The position numbers and the translations under genes were made by a program. 64,000 nucleotides of DNA from Hydrolagus affinis (lineage: Eukaryota): positions 1 to 64,000 of the forward strand of contig JAAILG010001016.1 in assembly GCA_012026655.1 (NCBI GenBank), read 5' to 3'. The notes beneath the pieces were generated by a model. It was not told where the DNA came from. It did no database searches and worked only from the letters and a program-made list of their open reading frames with translations. Below, one piece after another: positions 40,253 to 53,009 of the stretch (positions within the stretch are counted from its first letter, which is position 1; each line of letters starts with the position of its first letter).

Positions 40253-40485
40253 AACGTGGAGTCCTGTAGCTAATGTGGAGTCCTGTAGCTCAGTGATTAG
40301 AGCACCCGCCTTGCAAGCAAGAGACCTGGGTTCAATTCCAGGCAGGGTGAAACTTTGGTCAAATTGCCTTACTCCACACACCTGATAATAATCCCTCAAA
40401 AAATAATTCTGTGAAGCTCTTTGAGACATCTTGAAGCCGTGAAAAGCGCAATATCAAATGTAAGGTTTATTATCATTATTATTAT
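40253..40485 (+). mobile_element. tRNA-Ala-derived SINE, internally deleted, with 5' tandem duplication
   Basis: Head from 40277 with A box TAGCTCAGTGA and B box GGTTCAATTCC; jumps from CCCTCAAAAAA to the tail; 19-bp duplication 40253-40271/40272-40290. Confidence 0.88.
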
Positions 40486-40811
40486 AAGTGGAGAGAAATA
40501 CTGAAAGGATTTGTTATTTTCAGAGATTGTGACGTGACAGAATTCGGTTGATTCTTTGTGGCATTTATTTATTGCCATAACTGTAAAAACCACATATTTA
40601 TTTTGTACATTAACACACTTGAAACTGTTCCCAAGTAAACTGTACATAGAAGAGGATCCACACTGCAGGGTTTTTATTTGTGTGACTATTTTATGCTGTA
40701 ATTGTATAAACGGTCAGTGCACATTTGCGATTCCCACTCTTCCTTCTCAGTGTCTCTGCATTACCCTACATGGAAGACATGGCATAAACACAACCTAATG
40801 TTGTAGCTATT

Positions 40812-41037
40812 CAGTGATGGTCAACCCATGGCCCGCAGGCCAGAAGTGGATTGTGGAACCGTGAAGAAGTGGCTCACCGAACATTCACATTAGGCTAGTT
40901 GAGTCCGTTTTCAATCAAGCTTTTCTTTCCAGTTTTTTTCTCGTTTGCAGATTTCTTGATTCATTGTATAAGTCAAGAAATATTCAACCAGGAAAATATG
41001 TTTTGTTGGTCGACCAAAAAAATGTTGTCCACCACTG
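40812..41037. mobile_element. Possible hAT/Charlie-type MITE relic
   Basis: Ends CAGTGATGGTCAAC / GTTGTCCACCACTG (2 mismatches in 14), subterminal GGCCCGCAGGCC; no clear 8-bp target duplication. Confidence 0.45.
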
Positions 41038-41517
41038 CTGTAATCGAAAATAGAAAGGGAGCGATTCAGGAGCTGAGAATTCAACACTAAACTGACAATT
41101 GGAAAGTCATGGATTTGGCTCCAAGTGCTCCTGTCTTTAATTGGCTGTTTACTCGGGTCTGAGCAGCACAGTGTTGAGAGATTGGCCACGCAATAATGAA
41201 GCAGTTTCTGAAAGAGTGAAGCTCATAATAATAGCCAGCCGTGCCTCCGCCTGCCAATGACTGGACACTACAGAAGGTGATAGGAGGAGTTTGCGATAAG
41301 TAAAACTAGTGCCAAACCAACCCCCCCATCCCAGCAAACCAGTTTGTGTCAACTGGTATTTTTTTCGTAGGGAAGAAAAAAATAAAGAATGCTTTAGAAG
41401 AAAAGTTATTTGAGTGTGTGCAATATTCTACTTCTACATTACAAACCATACTTGCTGCAAATGTACAGTTATTTTACAGGTTTTCTGAAGTCTATGACTG
41501 ATAATATGGGCAAATGT

Positions 41518-41711
41518 TAATAATAATAATCCTTGCATTTTGATGTAGCGTTTTTCACATCTTATCGACGTCTCAAAGCGCTTCACAGAATATACTGTAA
41601 AGTGAATTGACTGGATATTTGTGGGTGAAACGCGGCAGCCAATTGCACACAGCAGTGTCCCACAAACTGTCGTGGGTAGAAATGACCAATTTTTAATATT
41701 GTGGTTTTTTT
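41518..41711 (-). mobile_element. Young SINE family, 5'-truncated (body plus tail)
   Basis: Close match to 15958-16115: GTCTCAAAGCGCTTCACAGAATATACTGTAAAGTGAATTGAC...CGCGGCAGCCAATTGCACACAGCAGTGTCCCACAAAC. Confidence 0.88.
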
Positions 41712-43494
41712 GCATGGATAAAGGAGATCTTCTTGAATAGATGCCAGGATGGATATGAGCACAATTTTCACTAAATGAATCTAATGTATTAATATAGAGA
41801 CAGAATCTCTATTTATTGCTTTACACTGATCCTGAGCATTCTACGTGCATGGGATAGATCTGGAGAAAGTCAGATCTGAACAGCACCAATCAGAGCTGAA
41901 GCCAACATTTGTCAAGGGGAGGTCAACTTTGTGATAAAGAGCTTTCTATCCTCAATAAGAAAAGAAGCTGAATAGAGATATTGATTGTTCACACTGTGGC
42001 TAAAATATAAGTGTAACAAGGTCAGAATAAAATATATTGTAAAGGATAAAATTACAGTAGTTCACTGTTCAAATGTGCATCGGAACCCACAGAGGTACTT
42101 AGTTTCCTTTTAAGTTTTAAAGAAAGTTGTTGTTTAAAGGGTTACTGCCATCTTTGATAAGATGACATCCCTCTTGGGAAAAACATTTTAAATGATTCAA
42201 TCTGTCACCGTTTGCATTGTTTAATTTACTTAAGATTAACTTTTCTTTAGCTGCAGCTCATTAGACTTTATTGGATGCTGACTGAGTAACAGGGGAGTTT
42301 CATTTTGACTGCAAGGAGGTATTTTAGACTCCACTAAATATCCAATTCTGATCCTGCTAGGGATCACATTTTCTGTCACGAGCTATCCACGTGTTCATGT
42401 TTCGTTTGTCAATGTAAATAGATATTGACTCAGCATAAACATGAATTGATTTTAAGAATAGGTACACAAAAAAAAATTCCAGCCAGAACTTGCCTAATGG
42501 GAAGGTTAAAATAAGTAGTCACTACAGGCCCCAAAAGGTGGTTAAACTTAAGTCAATCAGTGATTGCAAAGACTTATAATCTCCCACTTACCCTTTTTGT
42601 GTGCATTAGGGTCAGAACTTTGGTCTCGGCAGTCTTTTAACACACAGATGTTACAGTAACATGCTCAGAAAATCAAGGCTAAACGTGGCCTTTGACCTCT
42701 GTCGTCAGCTGATCCACTGTGGCACTGTGAAATATGTACTCAACTTCTATAAATTAGCATTTTTTCCCACCATCTCTTTTATTCTTTGAGGCGTCTTTTC
42801 TTCTGTTTCAGTGGTCTGCAGTCCCATGGCTGGCGCTTGCACAGTTGCTCACAGTCTGACCCATTGCTCCTCAAAGGTCAAAGGCCTTCAACCTCAGGGC
42901 ATGACTTTTGCTGAAGGGTGCCTGACAGATCACCTCTGTCCCACAAAAGGTCACTGAGACAAACAACTGCAGCCTATATATCAGCTTTTACACTTTCCTG
43001 ACACTTTCCCAACTCACTTTCCTCTCTGGGAACAAAGAGGCTCAAAGGTCTCCCTGCCCAGATGATGATGAATAGAGACCAGTCTCTGATACCAATCTTA
43101 AGGCCTGCAACATGAATCTTTTTTTTGCTGGAACAAGCATACACATTATTTTGCACTTTTGACTGAAGTATGCATTGTGGAGCTGCTGTCTTCTTTACAA
43201 AAGACTGAGGGTTTTTGTTCAGAACAGAATAGGCAAGCAATGCTTATATGACTATCAACTCCCAATTAAAAGATTGTTATTTTTATATTGGTGCAGTGAT
43301 CAATGCAAAGGTATGTGCACACTTGTGGGATTTGCCTCACGCAGTGGTTAGTTATTCTGGTGTGAAATGAGCAGAAGCAGAGTGCGGAAACTGAAAGTGG
43401 CTGCAACTCCGCTGACAGCCAGTGCGCTCGTTTGAGTTCCTAAACAGTTACCTAAACTTTTTTTTTGTGGTGAGGAAATGAAGGGGCCAATTTT

Positions 43495-43746
43495 GCGCTA
43501 TTTCTTAATTAAGAAATCAGAGCTGGTGACTCATTTTCTCTTTTTGCTATCTTGGAACTACCTTATGCACGTCACTCTCATTTGAGGGAACACCACCCCC
43601 ACCCCACCACCCCACCCCACTCACTCACACACACGCACAAACACAGACACATACACACCACCTGAACACAGGTTGAACTGCGAGAGATATTGCTGTAAGT
43701 GAGTCAGGGATTTGCATTTCCGGATTTCTTAATTAAGAAGTACTGC
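43495..43746. repeat. Unclassified ~250-bp element bounded by TTCTTAATTAAGAA palindromes
   Basis: ATTTCTTAATTAAGAAAT (43500-43517, perfect palindrome) and ATTTCTTAATTAAGAAGT (43724-43741); CTTAATTAAGAAATC / GATTTCTTAATTAAG is a perfect 15-bp inverted repeat; C/A-rich centre. Confidence 0.7.
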
Positions 43747-45069
43747 AACAATGTAAACATTTAAAAAGAGAATTTCATGGACAAACATGAAATTGTAGAA
43801 ATCTGATTTGTAGCTTTGTTTCATTTGCTTAGGAAATGCAATTATTTTGTCCAGGTAAAGAGGGCTCCCTATAGTTGCCTTAACCACTTTCCTGTTGATT
43901 TATCACAATTATCCCGATTACTTTAGTTTACAATTATCACGGTAGGGGAAAACAGATTAGAATGATTACCATGGGTTTTACATGTCACATTATATCAGTG
44001 CGCTATAACATTATGGTATCCCCATCCATTAATGACATTGGATTATGGGTTTATAGGTTTTGTTAATTGTTGTATTTATGTTACATATGCATTGGTGGCT
44101 CCAGCCGTGGTTTAATGACCTACACATGTCCCTGCTGGAACCACTCTTTACAATGATTGTGGAGTGAGGGCAGGATGTTGACTGCCGAGCATCAACAAAC
44201 CACGCCATCTCAATTGATGCACCTCGGACAGACTAAGTCGAAATCAGATTCCTCAATTCCAGAAAAATCCATGTTTAGAAATAGACAAGCAACAAAAACC
44301 GCTCAGAGCAGTCTTGTTTTAGTAAACATCCACTGGCACAGATCTAATCCTGCCAATACGCATTGTAAAACATGTTAATGATACAGGAGTGAGAACTCCA
44401 GGACAGGATTGCTGTAATCTTTACCTGAGCAGATGGATATTTTAAAATAAATATTTCTAAAACAGAATAAAACAAATTATGAGAATTAAGATATTGGGAA
44501 TGATCAGTGCTGCTTGTTAGTTTACTATTATACTTGGAGGTATCCACTTCTTGTTGATTAAATAGGAGTGTTACAGGACTGAGTTGGACTGTGTGTGTTG
44601 TGGGTTTTAGCACTGCTCTCAGCCAATTAAACTCCATTTATACGAAGACCTATAATCTAGGATTAGAATAAGTAGCTCTTATATTGGAAACAGACTGAAA
44701 ACTTTGGCAGGGCATCAGTGAATCCCATGATGATGTGAGGGTGGATAACCTGGAATATTCTCCATGAATTTAAAAACTTATATGACAAAGAGGAGTTGAA
44801 CTTTACAAGTGGAACTGTTTGAGTAAAACCTGTTTGCATGACATGTGGAATCTAATCCTGAGTTTATACTGTCATGAAAACCAGTCTTAATGGGTTTGAG
44901 ACGTGCAATTGCAACTCAATATGTGCCAGATTCTGGCTTCTGAGACCATCCTGATGAAGTGCTTCACAAAAGTATTGCCTTCAATAATAGAGTATAAGTG
45001 CAAGCAGTGCAAATTGATCCAGTCTTTTCTCAAAACACTGCCCTATGGACTGTTCAAGAACATTTTTTT

Positions 45070-45440
45070 CTTACCAATTTTCTCCTCTCCTCTCCTGAAG
45101 GCATTTGACTCTTATTTTGCATTCAATTGGCAGGGGGAGGGAGGAGAAAAGGAGGTTAAATTTCTGCAGGCAGAGTGCCCTCCAGCACCTTTCCTAAGAG
45201 GCCATTGTTCATGTGTCAACTTTGACTGTTGAAGACGACAGCTATTTAACCATGGGTAGCATAGCTTCTTCCCCTGTCCTGACTTGACATCAACCTCTGG
45301 TAGGAACCCTAGCTGAATTTCCCTTCCCTTACATGAGTCACAAAGGCAATTATAGTCCCTAGTGTCTCACTGTCTTATATCAGCTAACTCAGTGTAGACC
45401 TGCAACAATCAGATCTGGGATATTAGTCTGCATAACGTAT
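45070..45440 (-). mobile_element. AmnSINE2-like ancient SINE
   Basis: CCAATTTTCTCCTCTCCTCTCCTGAAGGCA...GCCCTCCAGCACC...GGCCATTGTTCATGTG...GGAACCCTAGCTGAATTTCCC...ATCAGCTAACTCAG is the reverse of the element at 60585-60968. Confidence 0.7.
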
Positions 45441-47609
45441 CTACTTTTTAATGTTACGGTCATTCAAAGAAACTGCACAACATTCAGTTGCACAGCCAAT
45501 GTGCTGACTTCAGCTCTGGGCTAGTACAATTGGGAGCTAGATATATTGAACAGTTAATACCATAGAAATCCTTGACACAGTAAGTGGCCATTCAACCTAT
45601 TGTATTAATGTTGGTGTCCAGCCATATAAACCAGACACTAATCACAACTATCACAATTAGAGCAGCCAGATATTGATTCAGAGGTCCCTCTAACAGATTT
45701 TTAATGTTAGCAAAAAGCTGGCTATCCTCCACCAGCCCTTTAGAAACATTAAACATTAACCAGCATTTGAACACCACTGAGCAGAGTATGGGATTTGTGT
45801 GTAGAAGTTTTGGTTAAACTCAATGATAGTGAGATACCCAGACCTGGTAGAGATATGTGCTTATTTGCACAACATAATGCCTTGCAATCTAATATCCATG
45901 TAGAAAATGTTGTTACATGTTACAATAACATCCTGTGAAGCACTTTGAAACTTCATCTTACAATGAAAGGTTCTATATAAAATCCAAGAAATATTATTAG
46001 AACTGATAATTTTAACTGATAGTATTATTACATTAACTGATTATTGCAATAATATATGATTGTAGATCATAATTGCATACATTAAGTGTGAAAATCTAGT
46101 TTTACAATGTAAGGCAATGTTACCTTTACCTTTAAAATTGTGCAGACTATTTTTCACATTTCTTCAAAATCAATATTGAAACAAAAGAAAATATTTTATA
46201 TTTGAAGACAAAATGGTTTTAAAGGCTCAGTTTAGGTACAATTTGGGGCCTTACATTTTATGGTAAGGTTTTAAATGGAGTCCACAGAGTCCACCCACAG
46301 ATATGGGTGTTATTTTGCTATCATATGAATAGTGCTAATACAATAGCAATCTATCATTAAGACTTTACTCGTTCTTTTTAATGAGGCGCAGTGATTAGAA
46401 ACATCAAAGCAAATCCCGAGATTTATTTTGATGCTCTCTGCTTTCATTTTGCATTGTTCAAATGAAGTGCACTTTTTTTTTTACCAGATACTTTATTTAA
46501 TATGCAAGTTACCACAAACACAGTGGTGCATGGAAATAAAGCAGGCAAACTTAACAATGAACCCTTTTCTAAAATAGTTAAAATCTCTGAAATGTGAATG
46601 CATAAACAATGTTCTCATAGTAAATAATGTTCACAGCACTGTCTACTGTTTTATGTATCATTGGACCTATCTGTACTCAGTTGACTGAAACTTTCATTGG
46701 AAAGAGAGAGGTCAAAGGTTATGACAGGGATTGGTAGGTGAAAGGTTAAATCACTTGAAGGGAAATGCTTAAAATTTCGTGGGATAAAGTTCAACAATTT
46801 TTTCCGGGTTTAAAACTTTGGCAAATGATCAGATTGCTAATGCATCACCTTCGTGCTTTCCTGCTATGATGTCCCCTTTGCCCTGCTTCTGAGTTTACAA
46901 GAAGCTGTGTACAGTAATAATGAACAAGGTCTGATGCCTTAACTCTTTACGAACTGAAATCTTTAGTTGATGTGGTTGGAAAGTATTAGTTACAAATGGT
47001 TCCAGTGGTTGCATTAGAATAAGATTCAATACAATAACATTTAATGTAATTACACTAGTCAATCTAACAAATTACATTATTTTAACCAGGTTAATCAGTG
47101 CCAATCAATGCCCACTTATTTGGTGTCCTAATAACACTAAACACACACACACATATATATTAGCGTATACTGTACTTTATTTTCACATTTTGATCTGAAA
47201 TTTGCATTTATAAAATAATCACTACCAAATGTGTGATTGAAGTCTTCAAGGGAAACAATCCAAGCTTTGTCGAAATCTGCTCTAATTACTGCATAGGCAA
47301 AATATTACTAGATTATAGTGCAAAATTGCAGAATCAGATAGACTTTGATCTCATTGACATGATTGCACTCATTATGTGCTGACCTGGAAATAAACATGTT
47401 CTTCCCAGGTTTGAACTCATCTGATATTGATGGCACGTATTTAGTGACTGGATATTAATGAAATTTTTAGAGCAGAGTGTGACTTAAAGGCCAAAAGGGT
47501 ATATTGGATGAAGAAAACATTGCTTTAGATTATTTAATTTCTTCTAGTTTAATATCATTTTACTTTCTTTGAGTTATCAAGTGTCACTTATTTAAATGCA
47601 CCAAGAGTG

Positions 47610-47738
47610 ATAATAATCGCTCAAAAAAAATTGGTAATTTCAATCCACGTTTGTGGGACACTGCTGTGTGCAATCGGCTGCTGCGTTTCTCCCACAAGTA
47701 TACAATCTATCAAAATGCAAGCATTATTATTATTATTA
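47610..47738 (+). mobile_element. Young SINE family, body plus tail with internal deletion
   Basis: TTTGTGGGACACTGCTGTGTGCAATCGGCTGCTGCGTTTCTCCCACAAGTATAC joined directly to TATCAAAATGCAAGC(ATT)n. Confidence 0.8.
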
Positions 47739-49375
47739 GTGGTAGTATTAGTACTGGGGGAGCTGCTTACAGGGATGTGTAATTTTATAGGTTTCTGTAA
47801 TGTGCACAAACAGAGGCTAATGATTCTACCTCCCATGGACAATACTCAGGTCTCTGTTCATTGCCTTGCCCTGACCCAATAGACTAGATGAGGAACCCAG
47901 ATGTGGGGAATAGAGACAAATTCATTGGCTACCACACTGTGATATAGATTGTTCAAGTATTTCACAATGGAGAGAATTTTGTTCAGCTCCCTCAACACTG
48001 CAATATTATTTCTGCGATCAAATTCAAAGTCTCACTACAGATCATTAAAGGGAATTGTCCTTTCATCAGCAGTCAAGTGTAATCATGGAGAGGCAGATTG
48101 ACAGTGTTTGTGAGTATGCTCAATAGGACAGATTGATCCACTCTGGTGACAGAATTACATGATTCATGGTGCTAATTTGGGGGTGGAGAAGAACAAAGGT
48201 TTTTTGTTGCCAATTATTTGTTGGCTTTCTCTGCCTCCCTTACACTAACACGTGATAGAAATTCTTAGAAAAAGTTTTATATGAGATTAATATAATCTCA
48301 ATTCTCAACATGAAATTGTAAATGGTAATGAGGTAGTGAAAAGATTAATAACTCGATTGCTGTAAACCTTGCCTGCCATTGTCATTTGGTTAGATAAAGA
48401 GAGGCAAGCCAGCAACTATGATTCCAGTTTTCAACAATCTATTTGATGTGGTCATAACTGATCCCTTTATTGAGAGGGTTTAGGACAGGCTGTTCCATGT
48501 TTATTTCTACAAGGAAACATTGTACAATTCGACCAAGCTATTAATATGAGGAACGTCTATTCAAATAATGTTAGCTAGAGGCAGTCTCCAATCATGACTG
48601 GTACAACACACAGCTCCTTCAGTCATCATCCTTAGTGAAAGAGGTCACACTTCTAAAATACTGCTGACTGTGGGTTGCAGTACAGCTGCCTGACCCTATC
48701 TCAATGAAAGTGGGTGAAAATGGCTCTGGGCAGACTGGTTGGACAGGTGGTAGAACACCTGCCTAGTAAACAGATGGCTGTAAGTTCAAGTCCTTAGATT
48801 TCTTGATACTTGAGCCACTCTGGCATTGTTGGGGGCTAGTTTTCTCAATTCTCATCTATGTTACATGAAGTGATGCTTTACCTTGATTGGGGAGCAGGGT
48901 GGTGGGCGAGACTGAAAATAATCTCACCCTTCTATTATGCGAAAGCCTTTTTATTGATTATTCACAATAGAAGCATTGAAATGGATAGTGAAAAAATATC
49001 TAGCCCAGATCCTTCCATTCTCCTAGCTTGTGGAAGCCATGGAGTGAAGCAAATTTTGTGTGAACAAAAAAAGAACAATGACCATAACAAAATTACATTT
49101 ATAGAGCACCTTTCATTTTAGGAGTACTTGATAAAATAATAAAATGTGAACATAACGGTAATGTTAATGATTAGGTCTGAGAATAAAATCTTCCAGGAAG
49201 TTTCAGTCTAACCCTTGCTAAAATGATTGACTGGGAAAGGCATATTTATTGTACAAACAAAGTTTGTCTTATAAATGTGCTGTAAAATAATTGTCACTGA
49301 GAATAGCCAAACACATTGGATATTACAAGATCATTACGTTGAGATCTGAGTTGAGATCTGAGTTGAGGACTGAGT

Positions 49376-49571
49376 GGAGTCCTATAGCTCAGTGAATAGA
49401 GTGCTCGCTTTTGGAAGCAAGAGAACTGGGTTTGAATTCTAGCAGGGTGAAACCTTGGTCATTTTCTTTGCTTCACACGCGTAATAATAATATTCCCACA
49501 ACTAGAAGATGTGAAAAGCGCTATATCAAAGCGTCATATCAAATGCAAGGATTCTTATTATTTTATTATTA
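49376..49571 (+). mobile_element. tRNA-Ala-derived SINE, internally deleted
   Basis: Head GGAGTCCTATAGCTCAGTGAATAGAGTGCTCGCTTTTGGAAGCAAGAG..., then a jump to the tail CTAGAAGATGTGAAAAGCGCTATATCAAA. Confidence 0.85.
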
Positions 49572-49704
49572 TCCTTGTTCTGTAGACTTTAGTGTACACT
49601 TTATTGATGGACAAAGCAAATCAAATCCTAAAATGACTCAATACTTATTTGCTTCATTTTATTTGTTTACTCCAGTAGGAATTAAAAGTAGGTGAAGAGT
49701 TTAT

Positions 49705-49900
49705 TAATAATAATAATTCTTCCATTTGATATACCACGTCTTTATCACATCTTCGAGAAGTCTCAAAGCGTTTCACAGAATATGCTGTAAAATGAACTGA
49801 CTGTATATTTTGTGGGTGAAACATGGCATCGAACTGTGACAGCAGTGTCCCATAAACAATCATGGATTGAGTAAGCAATTTATTATTAATTTTTTTAAGG
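49705..49900 (-). mobile_element. Young SINE family, 5'-truncated
   Basis: (AAT)n...CATTTGATATACC...GTCTCAAAGCGTTTCACAGAATATGCTGTAAAATG...AGCAGTGTCCCATAAACAATCATGGATTGA. Confidence 0.82.
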
Positions 49901-52900
49901 AAATATTACACTTGATAAAGCAACCGCCAATTGACTAACATCCAGGTTCCTACTTACTGCTGGATAAACAGACGCATATGGAGTAAGTAAATCATTTATT
50001 GCAAACAATAGAATTTTATTTTACAGAAGATGTAGGGAAAATCACCTCTTGTGAGTGGTAGCACCCTAAGAAAGAACTTTGCACCGTGCAGTACTTTATC
50101 TGAGAGAGGCCTTCTGAATTAAATCAATAGATTTGTTGAATTGTTACCTGTGGTTCACTTGCAATGATGGAATGCCATTGATCGGTTTCTCAGCCACCAG
50201 TTTTGTGGACATTTTTCCCTCAATGCCTCTCCATCTTGAATTACATAGCAGTGCCAGAATCATTCCAGTTGCATATGCAACCCTTGTTGTTACACCTGTT
50301 AGACTCATTATTCCATTCCGTCTATGGAAAAACATCCAGATCTTCAATTCAAATAGATGGTTTTCATCACAAGCTGATTTTAACAGACCCTCGCTGTCTT
50401 GAATCTCCTATGGGTCCAAAAAGCTTTCAGGCATCGAATTATATCATGAGATCCTAACAGTTATGTTAGACACCATTAACTGAATGTTTGAACATCATCA
50501 CTACTTTTTTTTGTTATGATTGGACTTTGGTTTAGAAATAGACCAAAGCTAATCCTTTCTTTCTTTCACTGTTTATTATCTTATGATAACACAACACTGT
50601 CTGACACATCGGCAGGCATTGATGAATAGAGTTCAGACTGATGAGAAGCAGCATTCAATGCTTCTGACCCATCAATATGTTACACGTTAGGTCACATTAG
50701 CTGACAAAGAAAAAAGGTTTATCTGTTCTCATGTTGTCTTCTCTGCTTTATGAGTAGTCCCACAGAAAAATTCTATTGTTCATCACATTTTAAAATAACT
50801 TACTTCATTATAGGGGCATGGATACGATGGGTCAAATGGTCCTCTGTGTTCAGAATTTTATTTGATGTTTCTATTATTGTGTAGGACTTGAAATGGATTA
50901 ATTTGATTTGAGCTGTGCTCCGATTAATGCTGCTGGCAAAGCAAGTTTGAAATTTTCCAACACAATTTTATAAAACAGATTTTAGTGCACCATTTATTGT
51001 TCCTAATTATTTAAATGCACATCAGTTAATGTTAATCCCTCAAAGGTCTGTTTGAACTGATTACGTATAGTAACCAGGAAAAAAAGCCTGAAGTCAGCCA
51101 GTGACCCTGACTGAGTGAGGCAATGATGTAATGTGAAATGCAACCCCCTTTGATACACACAATCAACCATTTCAAGAAAACATGTATAACTTTGTAAAGG
51201 TTTTAACAATTATCCTTTGCTGTATCGGGTGATTGTAAAAATGACCACATGAGCATTATAATGCTTTTGAAAGTTTGCACTATTGGTGAACATGAGCTGA
51301 ATGATCTATAGTTGCTATAACCACCCACCCTCAGGGATACCCCCACATTGGATCGAACATTTGGCATAGCAACAGTTCTAAATTTGCCAGCTCTCTAATC
51401 CAGTCACACAACACTTTCAGAGTACTGGAATAGATTAGACATTTCCAATAAAGCCCTCGGAATGTGTAGTCTTTCTGTTCAAAACATGTTCACCTGTTAA
51501 TCTTGCATTACCTTCTTAATAGCAAGCAAATGCTTTCACATGTAAGCACATTGAAGTTAGAATATTTGCAGCATGATTACTTTTGCACAGTATCTTAAAA
51601 AGAACAGCTTTTGTGAATGGTCACAGCAGTTGCCAACAAATGCAAGACCAAGAACTTCCAAAATTCAGAAGATTTTTTTCAGATAGAATGCCTGGAGGGG
51701 GGAACTAAGCACCTTAATTTAGGCTTGAACTCTGCAGCTGGCTAAATGTGCTCTGTTAGTAATTATTTTGCACAAATGAAGATCTATTTGACCCAGCTGT
51801 GAAACAATATTTGCTTGTTATACTTTCGTTTCAAAATAGTGAGGTTGTGTCAGCAGTTTTTCACCCAAGGCTATTTCCTTTCGGTAATTTCTTTGAGATT
51901 ATGATCTTGCAAATTCTTGATTTACTGATTAAAGCATCTCAGTTAAGATCTTACTTGCAGACCATGGGTTGGCATTGCTCAGGAGCTGGGGGAGGCTGTG
52001 TAGCTTGGAATGCAGTGAATGGCTTATAAATTGTGCCCACTAATTAAAGCTCTCTGGAGTCCAACTGGAATAATCATCTGGTTAAAATCAACCAGTAATT
52101 CCCTAATTTTGCTGCACCTTTCAGATCTCTCATTATCTAATTCATAATGACTGGAAAAGTTAAAAATTGAGTTGAACATCTGAACATCTGTGCACCTAAC
52201 TTGTTCAGGAGGGGAGTGGGGTAGGGGTGGGTGGGGGAATCAAAAGGCCATACCTGAAAATGGGCTGTTCCATTTGTGCCATTAACTCTTTCTTTCCCTA
52301 TACTGGACAGGCAATTGCATGAATTCAACCAGAACAATCTACTCTTATACCACTACTATTCACATGTATATCTGGATGCTCTTCAAAAAATGAAAAATAA
52401 TCAGGCAAAAGTGACAGTTAATTTGTGCTGGTTACTGCTTTAATTGGATTTACTCATTAATGAAAGATAATATATCTCATATTTTGATGACATTGGGTCA
52501 TCTGAAATTTAGTATTTCTGCCGGATTATAGAGGGTTGTAAATTTCTATTAGAGTAATAAATGTGAGCAAGGCAAGCAAAATTCTCACTATGTTGGTGCC
52601 ATTTAAACCATTGTTTTGTATTTCTCCTTGAGTGAAATCTCCTATAAACTGAAAATACCCAGAAGGTTTTTTTTAAAAGTAGAAAATTGTGCTGCAAATT
52701 TACTTAAACTTTGTTTTTGCAAAGCGGCTCTTAGTAAACACTTAAGATAAACTGCACTTTCTCTTGTGTTTTAGAGATTATCTAATGTTAGTGACCAAAT
52801 GCAAGTCAAGGACAAATAAATTCCTTGTCCAAGCAAACATGCTGTGTTATAACTTGGACCAGTCAGAATTCTAAACCAAATAGTAGAAAGAATTCAGGAA

Positions 52901-53009
52901 TGTAGGCTTAGGATATGCATCTAACCTGAAGCATTGAATTACACATACATCCCAAATTAAAAAGCAACTTACATTGAAAGTATTTATCCACCTGGTTCAA
53001 TCGGTTGAT

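Noticed and set aside
40920-41090. Polypyrimidine tract plus TTTGCAG as a coding-exon acceptor
   Set aside because: Lies within the putative hAT-type relic, and the downstream frame gives no recognisable protein.
44948-44975. CCTGATGAAGTGCTTCACAAAAG, a Penelope/hammerhead-like motif
   Set aside because: AAAA rather than GAAA and only a 3-bp stem; at best a dead relic.
50636-50670. CTGATGA followed by a GAAGCA/TGCTTC stem, like a hammerhead ribozyme core
   Set aside because: The required GAAA after stem II is missing (TGAC instead) and no stems I/III are evident.
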